A DNA stretch of 64,000 bases, taken from NCBI GenBank assembly GCA_036338695.1, contig JAYZBQ010000018.1, positions 924 to 64,923 of the forward strand, in the 5' to 3' direction. The position numbers and the translations under genes were made by a program. This document shows, piece after piece, positions 38,934 to 48,986 of the stretch. Source of the stretch: Myxococcota bacterium. Its GTDB lineage: Bacteria > Myxococcota > UBA4151. The notes under the pieces were generated by a model. That model ran no database searches, was not told where the DNA came from, and worked only from the letters and a program-made list of their open reading frames with translations. Within the stretch, counting starts at the first letter, position 1. Every line of letters starts with the position of its first letter.

Positions 38934-41036
38934 ATGCTCTTCCACACGCTCCTCCTTGCCCAGACGATCACCGCCGTCAGCGCCGCTCAGGCGCCGACGC
39001 TGGACGGCCGGCTCGACGAAGCGATCTGGCAAGGGCCGGCTGCGATCACACAGCTGCGCCAGCGCACGCCAAGCGAAGGGACGCTCGCAAGCGAGGCGAC
39101 CTCGGTCTGGGTGGCCTACGACCGTGACCACCTCTACGTTGCGTTTCGTGCTGAGCAACGCACCCCGCTTCGAGCTTATTACCTCGAGCCGGATTTCGGC
39201 GGCGGCGACGACACGCTCTCCATCCTGATCGACCCATGGCGAGACCGCCGCAACGGCTACGTGTTCACGGTCAACGCCAACGGCGTGCGCAAAGATCAGC
39301 TCGTAACCGACAACGGGCGGTACCAAAACGAGGCTTGGAATGGCGTCTGGTGGGCTGAGGCGCGGCGAACCGAGGACGGCTGGACGGGCGAGCTGCGGAT
39401 CCCCTTCTCGACGCTGACCTATCCGATCGCTGACGTCCAAAGCTGGGGCTTCAACATCCAGCGCCGCTTCGCACGCCGCCGCCTCGCAGCGGTCTGGCAG
39501 GGTTGGCAGCGCCGATTCAATTTTGCCGACCCAGGCGTGGCAGGGACCCTCGAGGGCTTACGCTCCATCCGTAGCGGTCAGCGCGTCCAGATCCAGCCCT
39601 ATGGCATGGCGGGTCTGGCGGCGCTCGATCAGGACACCTCGGCGCCCCTGACGTCGCTCTACAACGTCGGCTTGGACGTCAACGCGCTCGTGGCGCCGCC
39701 CGTCAAATTGACCCTGACCATCAACCCCGACTTTGCGCAGGTGGAGGCAGACCAAGCGCAGCTCAACCTCTCGCATCACTCCCTGTACCTCCCGGAGAAG
39801 CGCCTGTTCTTTATCGAGGGCAAAGACTTCTTCTCGTTTGCGACCAGCTCAGGAAACCAGCCTTTTTACAGCCGGCGCATCGGCCTCGACGAGGAGGGCG
39901 ACCCGCTGCCCATCCTCGGGGGTGTTCGCCTGCTCGGTCGCAGCGGAAAAACCAACGTCGGCTTGCTGACGGCGCAGATGAGTCCCGAGTCCTGGCGCTT
40001 TGAGGAGACGCGCAACGCCAGCGTGCTGCGCGTCAAACAAAACATCCTCAAGCGCTCCGCCATCGGCGCGCTCGCGACCGCTTCGACGCAAGGCGCTTCG
40101 GTCGAAGGGGTCGCAGGGCTGGACCTGCGCCTACGCACCACCGAGTTCGCGACCAACAAAACACTTGAGTTAACGGCTGCAGGCGCGCTGGGCTGGTCAC
40201 GCGCAGCGGGGCAACAGGGCGAGACCTGGCGCCTTGCGCTCGCTTGGCCGAACGCCAACTGGACCGGTCAGCTCAGCTGGGAGCGGATCTCCCGTGACTA
40301 CGACCCGGCCTTGGGGTTCACTGCGCTCAACGGCGTCGATCGACTGTGGCTCAACGCGCATTATACGCACGCCTTCAAGGACCCCAAGCATCGGTTGCGC
40401 AACATCCAGTTCGGACCATTCGATGGCTATCTCGAGCTCGACGACGAGACCCACGAGTGGAGCCATTATCGGCTCAACATCATCCCGCTCGAAGGGGTCA
40501 CACGGGGCGGTCAGTGGGGAAAACTTGAGCTCGTGCTCAAAGGTTATCAGCTGAGCGACGACTGGGAGATCATCGACGGCTACACGGCGCCGGCGGGCGC
40601 CTACAACGACGTCGGCGTACGCGCGAATTACTACCGCGGGTCGCAAGGGCAATTGGGCGTCTATGGCTACGTCGAAGAGGCGAGTTACTTTGGGGGCAGG
40701 CGCACCAGCAGTCGACTCTGGCTTCAGTGGAAGGCCAACCGCCACCTGAGGCTGGCGACCGGTAACGGGGTGTACTGGATGCGAGCCGACGAGCAGGCTG
40801 CGCTCGGTCGTGATCACTACCTGAGGGTGCACTCGAGCATCAACCGACGCTGGCACGGGAGCCTGCTCGGGCAGTGGAACAGTGACAGCCAAGAGACCTT
40901 GATCAACCTGCGCTTGCGCTACATCCCGCGCCCTGGCGCCGACGCCTACCTGGTGCTGAACCAAGCGCTCGACAAAGAGGGGGTTTCCTTGGGCACGAGC
41001 GTTCAAGGGAAACTGGTCTGGCGTTACGGTTTGTGA
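38934..41036 (+). CDS. CBM9-like + DUF5916 outer-membrane protein
   Basis: APTLDGRLDEAIW, GWTGELRIPFSTL, TINPDFAQVEAD, PEKRLFFIEG, FYSRRIG; aromatic beta-rich C-terminus. Confidence 0.85.
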   Translation: MLFHTLLLAQTITAVSAAQAPTLDGRLDEAIWQGPAAITQLRQRTPSEGTLASEATSVWVAYDRDHLYVAFRAEQRTPLRAYYLEPDFGGGDDTLSILIDPWRDRRNGYVFTVNANGVRKDQLVTDNGRYQNEAWNGVWWAEARRTEDGWTGELRIPFSTLTYPIADVQSWGFNIQRRFARRRLAAVWQGWQRRFNFADPGVAGTLEGLRSIRSGQRVQIQPYGMAGLAALDQDTSAPLTSLYNVGLDVNALVAPPVKLTLTINPDFAQVEADQAQLNLSHHSLYLPEKRLFFIEGKDFFSFATSSGNQPFYSRRIGLDEEGDPLPILGGVRLLGRSGKTNVGLLTAQMSPESWRFEETRNASVLRVKQNILKRSAIGALATASTQGASVEGVAGLDLRLRTTEFATNKTLELTAAGALGWSRAAGQQGETWRLALAWPNANWTGQLSWERISRDYDPALGFTALNGVDRLWLNAHYTHAFKDPKHRLRNIQFGPFDGYLELDDETHEWSHYRLNIIPLEGVTRGGQWGKLELVLKGYQLSDDWEIIDGYTAPAGAYNDVGVRANYYRGSQGQLGVYGYVEEASYFGGRRTSSRLWLQWKANRHLRLATGNGVYWMRADEQAALGRDHYLRVHSSINRRWHGSLLGQWNSDSQETLINLRLRYIPRPGADAYLVLNQALDKEGVSLGTSVQGKLVWRYGL

Positions 41037-41095
41037 TCTAGTGGCGGCACGCAGCGACTTCGCTGCGACGAGGCTCTTCGCCGATCGGTCACGGT

Positions 41096-42115
41096 ATGCG
41101 CTCGCTCCTGCTCTCCACCCAAAAGCTGTCCCCGGGGGTCACATGCGTCCTCCTCGTCACCGGCGCAGCGACCTGGGCGGCGACCCTGCCTTGGGCGCTC
41201 CAGCTCCGACTCAGTCCGCTGATCATCGGGATCCTGCTCGGTGCGCTGATCGGTAACCTCGGCGCGCAGCGGCTGCCAGCGACCTTGGATGATGGAGTGG
41301 TTTTTTGCGCCAAGAAACTGCTCAAGCTCGGGATCATCCTGTACGGCTTTCGCATCTCCTTTGTTCAGGTCGCTCAAGTCGGTCCCATGGGGCTGGCGCT
41401 CGACGCCTTCATCGTCGCCTCCACGCTCCTCCTTGGGACCTACCTCGGGACGCGCTGGCTGGGCCTGGATCGTGCCACGGCGGTTCTAACGGCAGCTGGC
41501 TCAGCGATCTGTGGCGCAGCAGCCGTCGTCGCCACCGAGCCGGTCGTGCGCGGCAAGCCCCATCAAACCGCGACGGCGGTCGCCACGGTCGTTCTGTTCG
41601 GCACCCTCGCGATGGTCCTTTATCCCCTCCTCTTTCGGACCGGCTGGCTGCCCCTGAGTGAGCACGAATTCGGCGTCTACGTCGGCGCAAGCCTCCACGG
41701 CGTGGCGCACGCCGTGGCGGCGAGCGACGCCGTCGGCAGCGAGGCGGCGGATGTAGCGATCATCGTCAAGATGACGCGCGTTCTGATGCTGGCGCCGGCG
41801 CTGCTCATCATCGGCTACTGGGTGCGCAAAAAGGGCAGCCCAGAGGATGGCGCAGCCGCGATCACGACCCCATGGTTTGCGATCATCTTTCTTGGCGTGG
41901 CAGGGTTCAACACGCTCGATCTCTTGCCTGCTGCCTGGGTGGCTCAGCTCGTCGCCTTGGACAAGTGGATCCTGACCATGGCGATGACCGCTTTAGGGAT
42001 GGGCACTGTTTTCAGTAAGGTCAAAGGCTTAGGGCCTCGGCCTTTCATGCTTGCTTTAGTCTTATTTGCTTGGCTCGTAGGCGCCGGCCTCTTCGGTACG
42101 TCCCTGCTCTTCTAA
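41096..42115 (+). CDS. YeiH/UPF0324 family membrane protein (putative exporter)
   Basis: LLKLGIILYGF, GSAICGAAAV, IIVKMTRV. Confidence 0.93.
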   Translation: MRSLLLSTQKLSPGVTCVLLVTGAATWAATLPWALQLRLSPLIIGILLGALIGNLGAQRLPATLDDGVVFCAKKLLKLGIILYGFRISFVQVAQVGPMGLALDAFIVASTLLLGTYLGTRWLGLDRATAVLTAAGSAICGAAAVVATEPVVRGKPHQTATAVATVVLFGTLAMVLYPLLFRTGWLPLSEHEFGVYVGASLHGVAHAVAASDAVGSEAADVAIIVKMTRVLMLAPALLIIGYWVRKKGSPEDGAAAITTPWFAIIFLGVAGFNTLDLLPAAWVAQLVALDKWILTMAMTALGMGTVFSKVKGLGPRPFMLALVLFAWLVGAGLFGTSLLF

Positions 42116-42134
42116 ACCACAGCGCGGCGCCAAA

Positions 42135-43424
42135 CTACGGCGCGGTCAGATGCTCGATGAGGTAAGCGATCAGGTCCGCCTCGAAGCCCTCGTTGCGAGC
42201 ACGTGATTTGATGGCGCAGGCGCCGCCAACAGCTCGACAGCGATCGTAGAGGGCGTAGTGCCCGCGTACATGGTGGAGGATCTGCCAGCCCTGGTTGAGC
42301 CGGTTTTGAGGCAGGTCCTCGGTCTGATTAGTGGTGATGAAGGGCGGATCTAGCGCATCGAGATGCTCATAATAATCAAGCACGCGAGCGAGCTGGCGCC
42401 AAGCTTCGGTCCCGACAAAATCTGCAGTGGTCATCTGGGTGACAGCGGTTTGCTTACCGCCGAGCCGGCGAGCGAGCCATTGGGGGTCAAACCCGAGAAG
42501 GTCCGCCCAGCGGTCAAACGCATACGTAACCTGTCCATAATTATGACCTGCGACCGTCAGACGGCTCGAGGCGCGCAAGACCGGGTCAGCATGATCGGGC
42601 TGTGCCAGGTCTGGAACCGAGGCTATCCACATGGAGCAACCCGCACCGGCGGAGCTTCCCCAGGCACCCACCCGCTCGGGGTTTAGGTTCCAGTCGCCGG
42701 CTCGATGGCGAAGAAACTGAACAGCGCGGGCACAGTCACGTAGGATGTAGTCAATTCGAGTGCCGTTTTGGTCCTGAGTTTCTCCGATGTCGTTCGGTCG
42801 CTCTGCACGCAAGGCAGGTGCTGCGTTCCTATAGGCCCACCGGTAGCTGATCGTCGCGACGGCGACGCCGGCGTTGAGCAGTCGCGGCACCGAGTTGTTC
42901 TCTCGAATATCTCGGCGTGAGCCACCGACAAAACCACCCCCGTGGATGAACACAGCGATCGGCGTCGGCGCCTCGGAGGCTGGCAACCACACATCCATGA
43001 GATTGCGACTGTAAGGGCCGTAAGCAGCCCCTTGAAGGTAACGATGCGGTGGTAAGCCCTCGAAGTCCGGGTCGCCCTCAGGATACGCGAAGGCTTGCGC
43101 CTCCAAGTAGCTCTGACCTTGCCCCTCATTGTAGTTGGTGAACCAGGTCTCAAGCAGCGCGGCGAGTGGATCGCGCACCACAGCACCCGCGTCCTCAGCT
43201 GCACCCGCATCAGGAGCCTCACCCACATCCATGGGGGGTAAACCGACGTCGACGGCGAGTCGGGCGTCTGCGCCGCGGGCGTCAGGCAGACCGGCATCCG
43301 GGACGCCACCACCTGCCTCGGGGGACACGACCTGCCCGACGTCTATTGAGTTCGACTCAGTGCTCGAGCAACCGGCAAGGTAGCAACTCAAGCAGAGCGC
43401 GCTAGCTAGTCCATAAGTCCTCAT
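42135..43424 (-). CDS. Lipoprotein alpha/beta hydrolase (HSL-like esterase/lipase)
   Basis: Lipobox LAGC; HGGGF oxyanion motif; GSSAG nucleophile elbow. Confidence 0.88.
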   Translation of the reverse strand: MRTYGLASALCLSCYLAGCSSTESNSIDVGQVVSPEAGGGVPDAGLPDARGADARLAVDVGLPPMDVGEAPDAGAAEDAGAVVRDPLAALLETWFTNYNEGQGQSYLEAQAFAYPEGDPDFEGLPPHRYLQGAAYGPYSRNLMDVWLPASEAPTPIAVFIHGGGFVGGSRRDIRENNSVPRLLNAGVAVATISYRWAYRNAAPALRAERPNDIGETQDQNGTRIDYILRDCARAVQFLRHRAGDWNLNPERVGAWGSSAGAGCSMWIASVPDLAQPDHADPVLRASSRLTVAGHNYGQVTYAFDRWADLLGFDPQWLARRLGGKQTAVTQMTTADFVGTEAWRQLARVLDYYEHLDALDPPFITTNQTEDLPQNRLNQGWQILHHVRGHYALYDRCRAVGGACAIKSRARNEGFEADLIAYLIEHLTAP

Positions 43425-43486
43425 CGCCCCCCCAAACTAGGTGGGTGCCATGCTAAGTGCTACGGAGCCTCAACGCCAGCGGTCGC

Positions 43487-46438
43487 CTAGACTTCGCCGA
43501 GCCGGTCACTCTGAGTCAGGCGGTCGCGAATGGCTTGGGCATGCGCGGCGCTGAGGGCATCGCCCGGCATCCGCCAGTGCCAGTTCTCCTCACAGGTGCC
43601 CGGGGTGTTGAAGCGCGCCGAGCCGTCCAGACCGAGCACGTCTTGCATAGGGACCACTGCGATGGCAGCAGGCGATCCGAGCGTCCGCTTGAGCAACTCC
43701 GCGACCACAGCGTCGCCGTCGCCGCGGATGCCGAGCTGATCGCGCACAGCCTGCGGCTGGTCATGCCACCAACCGAGCAGGGTGTCGTTATCGTGAGTGC
43801 CGGGGTAGACGACCAGGTGCTCATGGTGGTTATGCAGAGCGTGCGGGTTGTCGCCCTTGTCGGTAAAGCCGAACTGAGTAATCGCCATGCCCGGTAAGCC
43901 GAGCCCATCGCGCAGCGCGATGGTCCCTTCGTCGACATCACCGAGATCTTCGACCCAGAACGGCAGCTTGCCGAGCGCCTGCTCAAGCGCCTCAAACAGC
44001 GGGAAGGAAGGTCCCGCATACCAAGAGCCGCCCCGTGCGTCCTCGTCCTCGAACGGAATCCCATAGTAACGCGAGAACCCGATGAAGTGGTCGATCCGGA
44101 TCACGTCGCACAGCTGCAGGTTGCGCTGGGTCCGCTCGATCCACCAGGCGAACCCTGTCTCGGCGTGCTTCTCCCAATCATAGACAGGGTTACCCCAGCG
44201 TTGACCGAGCTCGCTGAACGCATCGGGTGGGCACCCAGCGACCAGAGTCGGCTGACCCTTGGCGTCGAGCTGGAAGAGCTCCGGGTGACACCACACATCG
44301 ACGCTGTCCCACGCCACGTAGATCGGGAGATCGCCCACGATCTGGAGTCCGCGGCTTTTGGCGTACCGCCGCACCTCGGCCCACTGCTCCTCAAAGAAGA
44401 AGAGCATCGCCCGCCAAGTTTCAACCGCGAAGCGGTGCTCGTAATAAAACGCCTCGAGCGCCTGGGGCTGACAGTCGCGCAAGCCCTTCGGCCAGGTCCA
44501 CCAGCCGGTCTCACGGTGTGCCCGCTTGATCGTCTGGAACAAGGCGGCGTCCAGCGCCCACGGCGCGCCGGCTTTCCAGCGCTGGAACTGGGCGCGTAAC
44601 GGGTGATCTTCGCTGGCGAGCATGCGCTCGGCGGCGCGTCGCACCAGCCCGAGTTTCCGGTTGAGCGGCTCTCCGTACTCGGTCTGATCCGATGAGGATG
44701 CCGGCGCCTCATCGATCAGCCCGCGCGCCCTGAGCCAACCCAAGCCCACCAGCTCCGGGTTGCCGCTCCAAGCCGACCAGCTGCTGTACGGACTCCCCGT
44801 AGGGTCCGTCGGAGACAGCGGCAGAATTTGCCACAACGAGCAGCCCGCATCGACCATCCAATCGATCGCCTCAAAGGCTCCATCGAGGCTGCCTATCGGC
44901 CCCTCGCCACCTAAGCTGCTCACCGGCAAGAGGAGCCCGGCGCATCGGGCGCTCTGGGTGCTATTTTTTCGGGTCTGTTGACGCTGTTCTGTGCGTGCCA
45001 TGTCAAATCCATCCAGAAGTTCAGACAGGTCACCGTTCGCCGGGAGCCTGCTCAAAAGAGACCGGAACTCGAGTGTCAGGTCGACCCCTGCGAGCTGCTC
45101 AATCTGAGCTAGGGCGTAGGCTGCGTGACGCAGGTTTTGTTGGGGTTCAATGCCGGTGACGTCGTCAAAGAACCAGCCACAGCTCGTATACATCGCCATC
45201 AGGTGGCGGTGCGTATCTAGCCACCTCAGCGCCTGGCTTGCGTCGGGTGTCTCGCCCTGGTGCTGAGCATACCAAGCCTCGAATCGCTCGGGGCGGTCGA
45301 TCACCTCTCCGTAGGCATCAAGAGCAGCCTCGGCGTCACGAAAAAACCGTTTCCCAAGGGGCGCCAGCGCCGCTCGGCCTTGGTCACGCAGGAGGTCGAG
45401 CGCCTCTCGCAAGGGCGCACGCCAGCGCTGATGCCAGTCCCGATCGGGCGCGATCTTGCAGCCGCAGTCGCTGCGCCAGCGCCCGAACCCGTGCGCACAG
45501 CTCCAGCTGCTCTCGGCTTTGAGGCGACACAACCAGGTCGGCGGCTCGCGCTCAAGCCACTGCTCAAGGTTCACCACCTCGACCTCGTCGTCCGCAGCCA
45601 ACCGCTCCAGCGCATAGGCGAGCGCCATCTCGCCGTAACGATGGTGGTGACCGTAGGTTTCACCGTCGGTGGCGCCCAGCGCCATCCCACGTGTGGTGGC
45701 CGCCTCGCGCAGTCGCTGCGCCAGCGCCCCGCCGTCGTTGAGCCATCCACCAAATGAGATGCCCGCTGACAGATCGGGGGCATAGGGCACGACCTTGATC
45801 GAGGCCCCGCTCGGCAGCTCAGCCCGATAAGCCCTGCCGTCGAGCGTACCCGCAGCCTCCCCGCTCAACCACCTGCCCGTCTCAGGGTCTCGGATCGAGT
45901 CCAGCTGGTAGGCCGCCACGATCACAAATTCAACGCCCTCGGCGGCGCAGACCTCGAGCGAGGCTTCATCCACTGCGGTCTCCGGGAGCCACAAGCCCTT
46001 GGCGGGACGCCCAAAGGTCTGCTCGAAGCTCTCGAGCCCCCAGCGGAGCTCTCGGCGTCGGTCGGCCGCGTCACACAGCGGGATAATCGGGTGATGGTAC
46101 GCTTGCGCAATCGCCCCGCCAAACCCGCAACGGTCCACGCTCTCTTGGTCGGCTGCGATCATGGCGCTGAGCAGCGTCGGCTCGTTGCGGCGCAACCACT
46201 TCACCAGGGTCGGCCCGACATCGAAGCTCATCCACGCGTAGTTGTTGGTCCACCCCCGAGTCGCGCCGCGGTCATCGAGCAGGCGCGCCGCGGCGTTCGG
46301 CGCATAACACTCGGCGGCGATGCGCGTGTTCCAGTCGCGAAACGGCGCGGCGCTTGGCTGCTCATCCCAGGTCTCGGTCCACGGGTTGACCCGCGACGGC
46401 TGATAGAAGTGACCATGAAAACAAACGTAGGATGTCAT
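43487..46438 (-). CDS. malQ: Fusion of GH57/DUF3536 domain and 4-alpha-glucanotransferase (GH77)
   Basis: N: HGHFYQP, WLPETA, ATDGETYGHH, MYTSCGWFFD; C: WQILPL..SPY, GDLPIYV, RIDHF, EDLG, GTHDNDT. Confidence 0.93.
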   Translation of the reverse strand: MTSYVCFHGHFYQPSRVNPWTETWDEQPSAAPFRDWNTRIAAECYAPNAAARLLDDRGATRGWTNNYAWMSFDVGPTLVKWLRRNEPTLLSAMIAADQESVDRCGFGGAIAQAYHHPIIPLCDAADRRRELRWGLESFEQTFGRPAKGLWLPETAVDEASLEVCAAEGVEFVIVAAYQLDSIRDPETGRWLSGEAAGTLDGRAYRAELPSGASIKVVPYAPDLSAGISFGGWLNDGGALAQRLREAATTRGMALGATDGETYGHHHRYGEMALAYALERLAADDEVEVVNLEQWLEREPPTWLCRLKAESSWSCAHGFGRWRSDCGCKIAPDRDWHQRWRAPLREALDLLRDQGRAALAPLGKRFFRDAEAALDAYGEVIDRPERFEAWYAQHQGETPDASQALRWLDTHRHLMAMYTSCGWFFDDVTGIEPQQNLRHAAYALAQIEQLAGVDLTLEFRSLLSRLPANGDLSELLDGFDMARTEQRQQTRKNSTQSARCAGLLLPVSSLGGEGPIGSLDGAFEAIDWMVDAGCSLWQILPLSPTDPTGSPYSSWSAWSGNPELVGLGWLRARGLIDEAPASSSDQTEYGEPLNRKLGLVRRAAERMLASEDHPLRAQFQRWKAGAPWALDAALFQTIKRAHRETGWWTWPKGLRDCQPQALEAFYYEHRFAVETWRAMLFFFEEQWAEVRRYAKSRGLQIVGDLPIYVAWDSVDVWCHPELFQLDAKGQPTLVAGCPPDAFSELGQRWGNPVYDWEKHAETGFAWWIERTQRNLQLCDVIRIDHFIGFSRYYGIPFEDEDARGGSWYAGPSFPLFEALEQALGKLPFWVEDLGDVDEGTIALRDGLGLPGMAITQFGFTDKGDNPHALHNHHEHLVVYPGTHDNDTLLGWWHDQPQAVRDQLGIRGDGDAVVAELLKRTLGSPAAIAVVPMQDVLGLDGSARFNTPGTCEENWHWRMPGDALSAAHAQAIRDRLTQSDRLGEV

Positions 46439-46443
46439 CGAAG

Positions 46444-48861
46444 CTAGACCTCTGTCTCGGGCTCGACCCATCCCCCATCGGCAGCGACTTGAACAGCCCC
46501 TTGCGGCGCGATGACCTCGGTTTCGCCGCCATCGAGCGACACCTCAAGCGCCGGCTCGATACGATCGAACACGAGGGTCTCGTAGCCGCGCAGATGCACC
46601 GCCAGCCCATGCCGCTGCAGCGACGCTCCGGACTCCTCTCGAGAGACCCCGCGTCCGCTGTCTTGCCAGTGATAGAGCGTCTGCTCCTCGATCGATAAGG
46701 CGTCCGCAAGCGACTCAACGAAGGTGCCCTCGGTGCCATCCGCCACGGGGACACTGCAGCGCAACCAACCCGAGGTCGAGTCCATCGAATTGTTGTAGAT
46801 CACCAGCGTCGGCGGCCCATTGACCGTCTCTTTGTTGGAGTACGCAAAGACGTTCTCATTCACCTCACCATGCTCGGTCACAAAGTCGTAGAGGCGGAAG
46901 AACTCGACCCCACCGAAGCGGCTGCGATGGCGAAGCAGCGGGAAGACGACGTGCTCATGATAACCGAGCAGGCCCTCGTCGGTCGACTCGTCGTGATAGG
47001 CACGGGCGAACTCCATCCCGTACTTCTCTCGGAACCCCTCGAGCTGCCCGTGACCGAACATCGGCAAGCCGGGCAAGGTCGAGAGCAAGGTCGCGATCCC
47101 GAAGTACTTATCGCCCGTCCCGAACTGGTCGGCAGCCGTCTCCTCATCGGGGTTGTTCATGAAGTTTACGAACCGCTCGAGGATGGCCGGCTGGGTCGCA
47201 AGGATCTCTTTGATCACGCCTCGATAGCCTGCGTTGTTCTCATCGCGCAGCATGTGCATGAAGGCGCTGTTGTAGACTCGGTGCATCCCGAGGTTGCGGA
47301 CAAAATAGCCCTCCATCATCCAAAACGCCTCGGCGATGAGGAGGGTGTCGGGTGCTTCAACCTGGATCCGGTCAACGACCTCACACCAGAATTCAGCCGG
47401 ACAGAGCCGGTCGAACTCTTCTTGGCTCAGCCCGTAGGTGGCGCGCGACGGGATTGCGCCCCCCTCGCCCGCCGGCGGATGCCATAGACGCTGGATATGC
47501 TGCTTGGCTAAGGTCATCGCTGCGTCAAAACGGATCACCGAGAACTGCTTGGCGACCTGGACGATCGTCTGAATCAAAGCCTCGCGCACAGCTGGCTGAG
47601 CGTGGTCGAGCTGCGCCGTGTCGTTCCATGGCATCTGCGTGCCGTCGTTGCCGTGGTAGACAAAGCGCACGCGCCCGGTCCGCTGGTCGGTCACGCGAAA
47701 CACGACCGCCGCGTCCGTCTCATTCCAATAGCCGTCCTCGAGCTGGACGCAGACCCGAGGATCGCCCGACAGATCCGGTCCGTTGAAGGTGTAACCGGGA
47801 AAGGGCGAGTGATCGAGCTGAACGAACCACTCAGGGCGCTCCACCATCCAGCGGCTGTCCAGACCGGTGTGGTTTGGCACCATATCGGCGGCGAGTCGTA
47901 ACCCACAGCGCTGGGCGCGCGCCCTGAGGCGGTCCAGCGCCCCGACGCCGCCTAGGCGCTCAGCAACGACATACTCGGTGAGGGAGTAAGCGGAGGCTTC
48001 AGCCTCGCCATTGCCGCGCCGCCGCTTGATGTTTTGTGACGCCGGCGAGCGCTCCCACAAGCCGATCAACCACAGCGCCGTAAAGCCGCGCTCAGCGAGC
48101 TCGACCAACGCCTCCTCGGGGATCTCGTCGAGGTGACGGATCGAGCGGCCAAAACGTGCGGAGAGCTGATCGAGCCAGACGAAGGTGTGCTTGGCGATGA
48201 GGACGCAGCGGGTCATCCAGTCCTGATCATCGGTAAACCGCTCCACATCGTCACCCGAGCCCCACCCGGGCCCTTGGTGTCCTGCCGCGCCGCCGCTGCG
48301 CACCGAGTGATACTCAGCGAAGCGGTCCAGCGTACGCAGGAGCCGCTGCTTCAAGCCCTCGTCGAGCAGGTCTTCCCAATGCTCAAGAACCCACCGAAGC
48401 TGCTCTTCGAGTTGTTCCGGGGCTGCCCGAAAGGGCGTGGTGAGCCACGCCAGGAGCTGCTCACCCGGCTGCATGTTGAGGCCATCGACGAAGCCATCTT
48501 CACGAGGGTCAACGCAGCTCAGCGAGCACGCCGAGCGCAGGGTGTTCAGATGCGTCAAGCCGATGAGGTTGTCGCGATCGGCGAGCGCTGGGTTGTGCGC
48601 CAGCGCCAGCAGGACCGTCCACCCCTCGACGTGGCTGATCGCAGGATCAAAAGACCACAGCGAGCGGATGTTGTGCTCGACCTCGCCCAGCTCGGGGCGC
48701 TCAAGGTCCGAGCGCCGACGCATCCCAGCGACCAAAACCTCCTGCAGCACAGCGAGCGACGATATGCCGATCGGGTCGATCGCCGCGTCGGTGCGCGCCT
48801 CGGCGCCTTTTAGACGAGCTAAGAGTCCTTGAGAACTGGCGGAGACAAGTTCAAGAGCCAT
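46444..48861 (-). CDS. GH13 alpha-amylase-family glycoside hydrolase
   Basis: DMVPNH, WNDTAQL, RFDAAM, AEAFW, NNPDEE; start ATG 48861 or TTG 48870. Confidence 0.9.
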   Translation of the reverse strand: MALELVSASSQGLLARLKGAEARTDAAIDPIGISSLAVLQEVLVAGMRRRSDLERPELGEVEHNIRSLWSFDPAISHVEGWTVLLALAHNPALADRDNLIGLTHLNTLRSACSLSCVDPREDGFVDGLNMQPGEQLLAWLTTPFRAAPEQLEEQLRWVLEHWEDLLDEGLKQRLLRTLDRFAEYHSVRSGGAAGHQGPGWGSGDDVERFTDDQDWMTRCVLIAKHTFVWLDQLSARFGRSIRHLDEIPEEALVELAERGFTALWLIGLWERSPASQNIKRRRGNGEAEASAYSLTEYVVAERLGGVGALDRLRARAQRCGLRLAADMVPNHTGLDSRWMVERPEWFVQLDHSPFPGYTFNGPDLSGDPRVCVQLEDGYWNETDAAVVFRVTDQRTGRVRFVYHGNDGTQMPWNDTAQLDHAQPAVREALIQTIVQVAKQFSVIRFDAAMTLAKQHIQRLWHPPAGEGGAIPSRATYGLSQEEFDRLCPAEFWCEVVDRIQVEAPDTLLIAEAFWMMEGYFVRNLGMHRVYNSAFMHMLRDENNAGYRGVIKEILATQPAILERFVNFMNNPDEETAADQFGTGDKYFGIATLLSTLPGLPMFGHGQLEGFREKYGMEFARAYHDESTDEGLLGYHEHVVFPLLRHRSRFGGVEFFRLYDFVTEHGEVNENVFAYSNKETVNGPPTLVIYNNSMDSTSGWLRCSVPVADGTEGTFVESLADALSIEEQTLYHWQDSGRGVSREESGASLQRHGLAVHLRGYETLVFDRIEPALEVSLDGGETEVIAPQGAVQVAADGGWVEPETEV

Positions 48862-48874
48862 CAGGTTCAACTCA

Positions 48875-48902
48875 CGTTACATATTATTTGTAACGCTCGT
48901 TA
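48875..48902. promoter_or_regulatory. Candidate operator upstream of the glucan operon
   Basis: CGTTACA-N7-TGTAACG inverted repeat in an AT-rich patch, overlapped by TAACG-CT-CGTTA. Confidence 0.5.
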
Positions 48903-48986
48903 TGTCTTATCCGGCGACCTGTCCAATAGAAGTTCAGACGCCTCGGGCGAGCGTCCGATGACGCCCACCCCATGCGGCGACGCACC

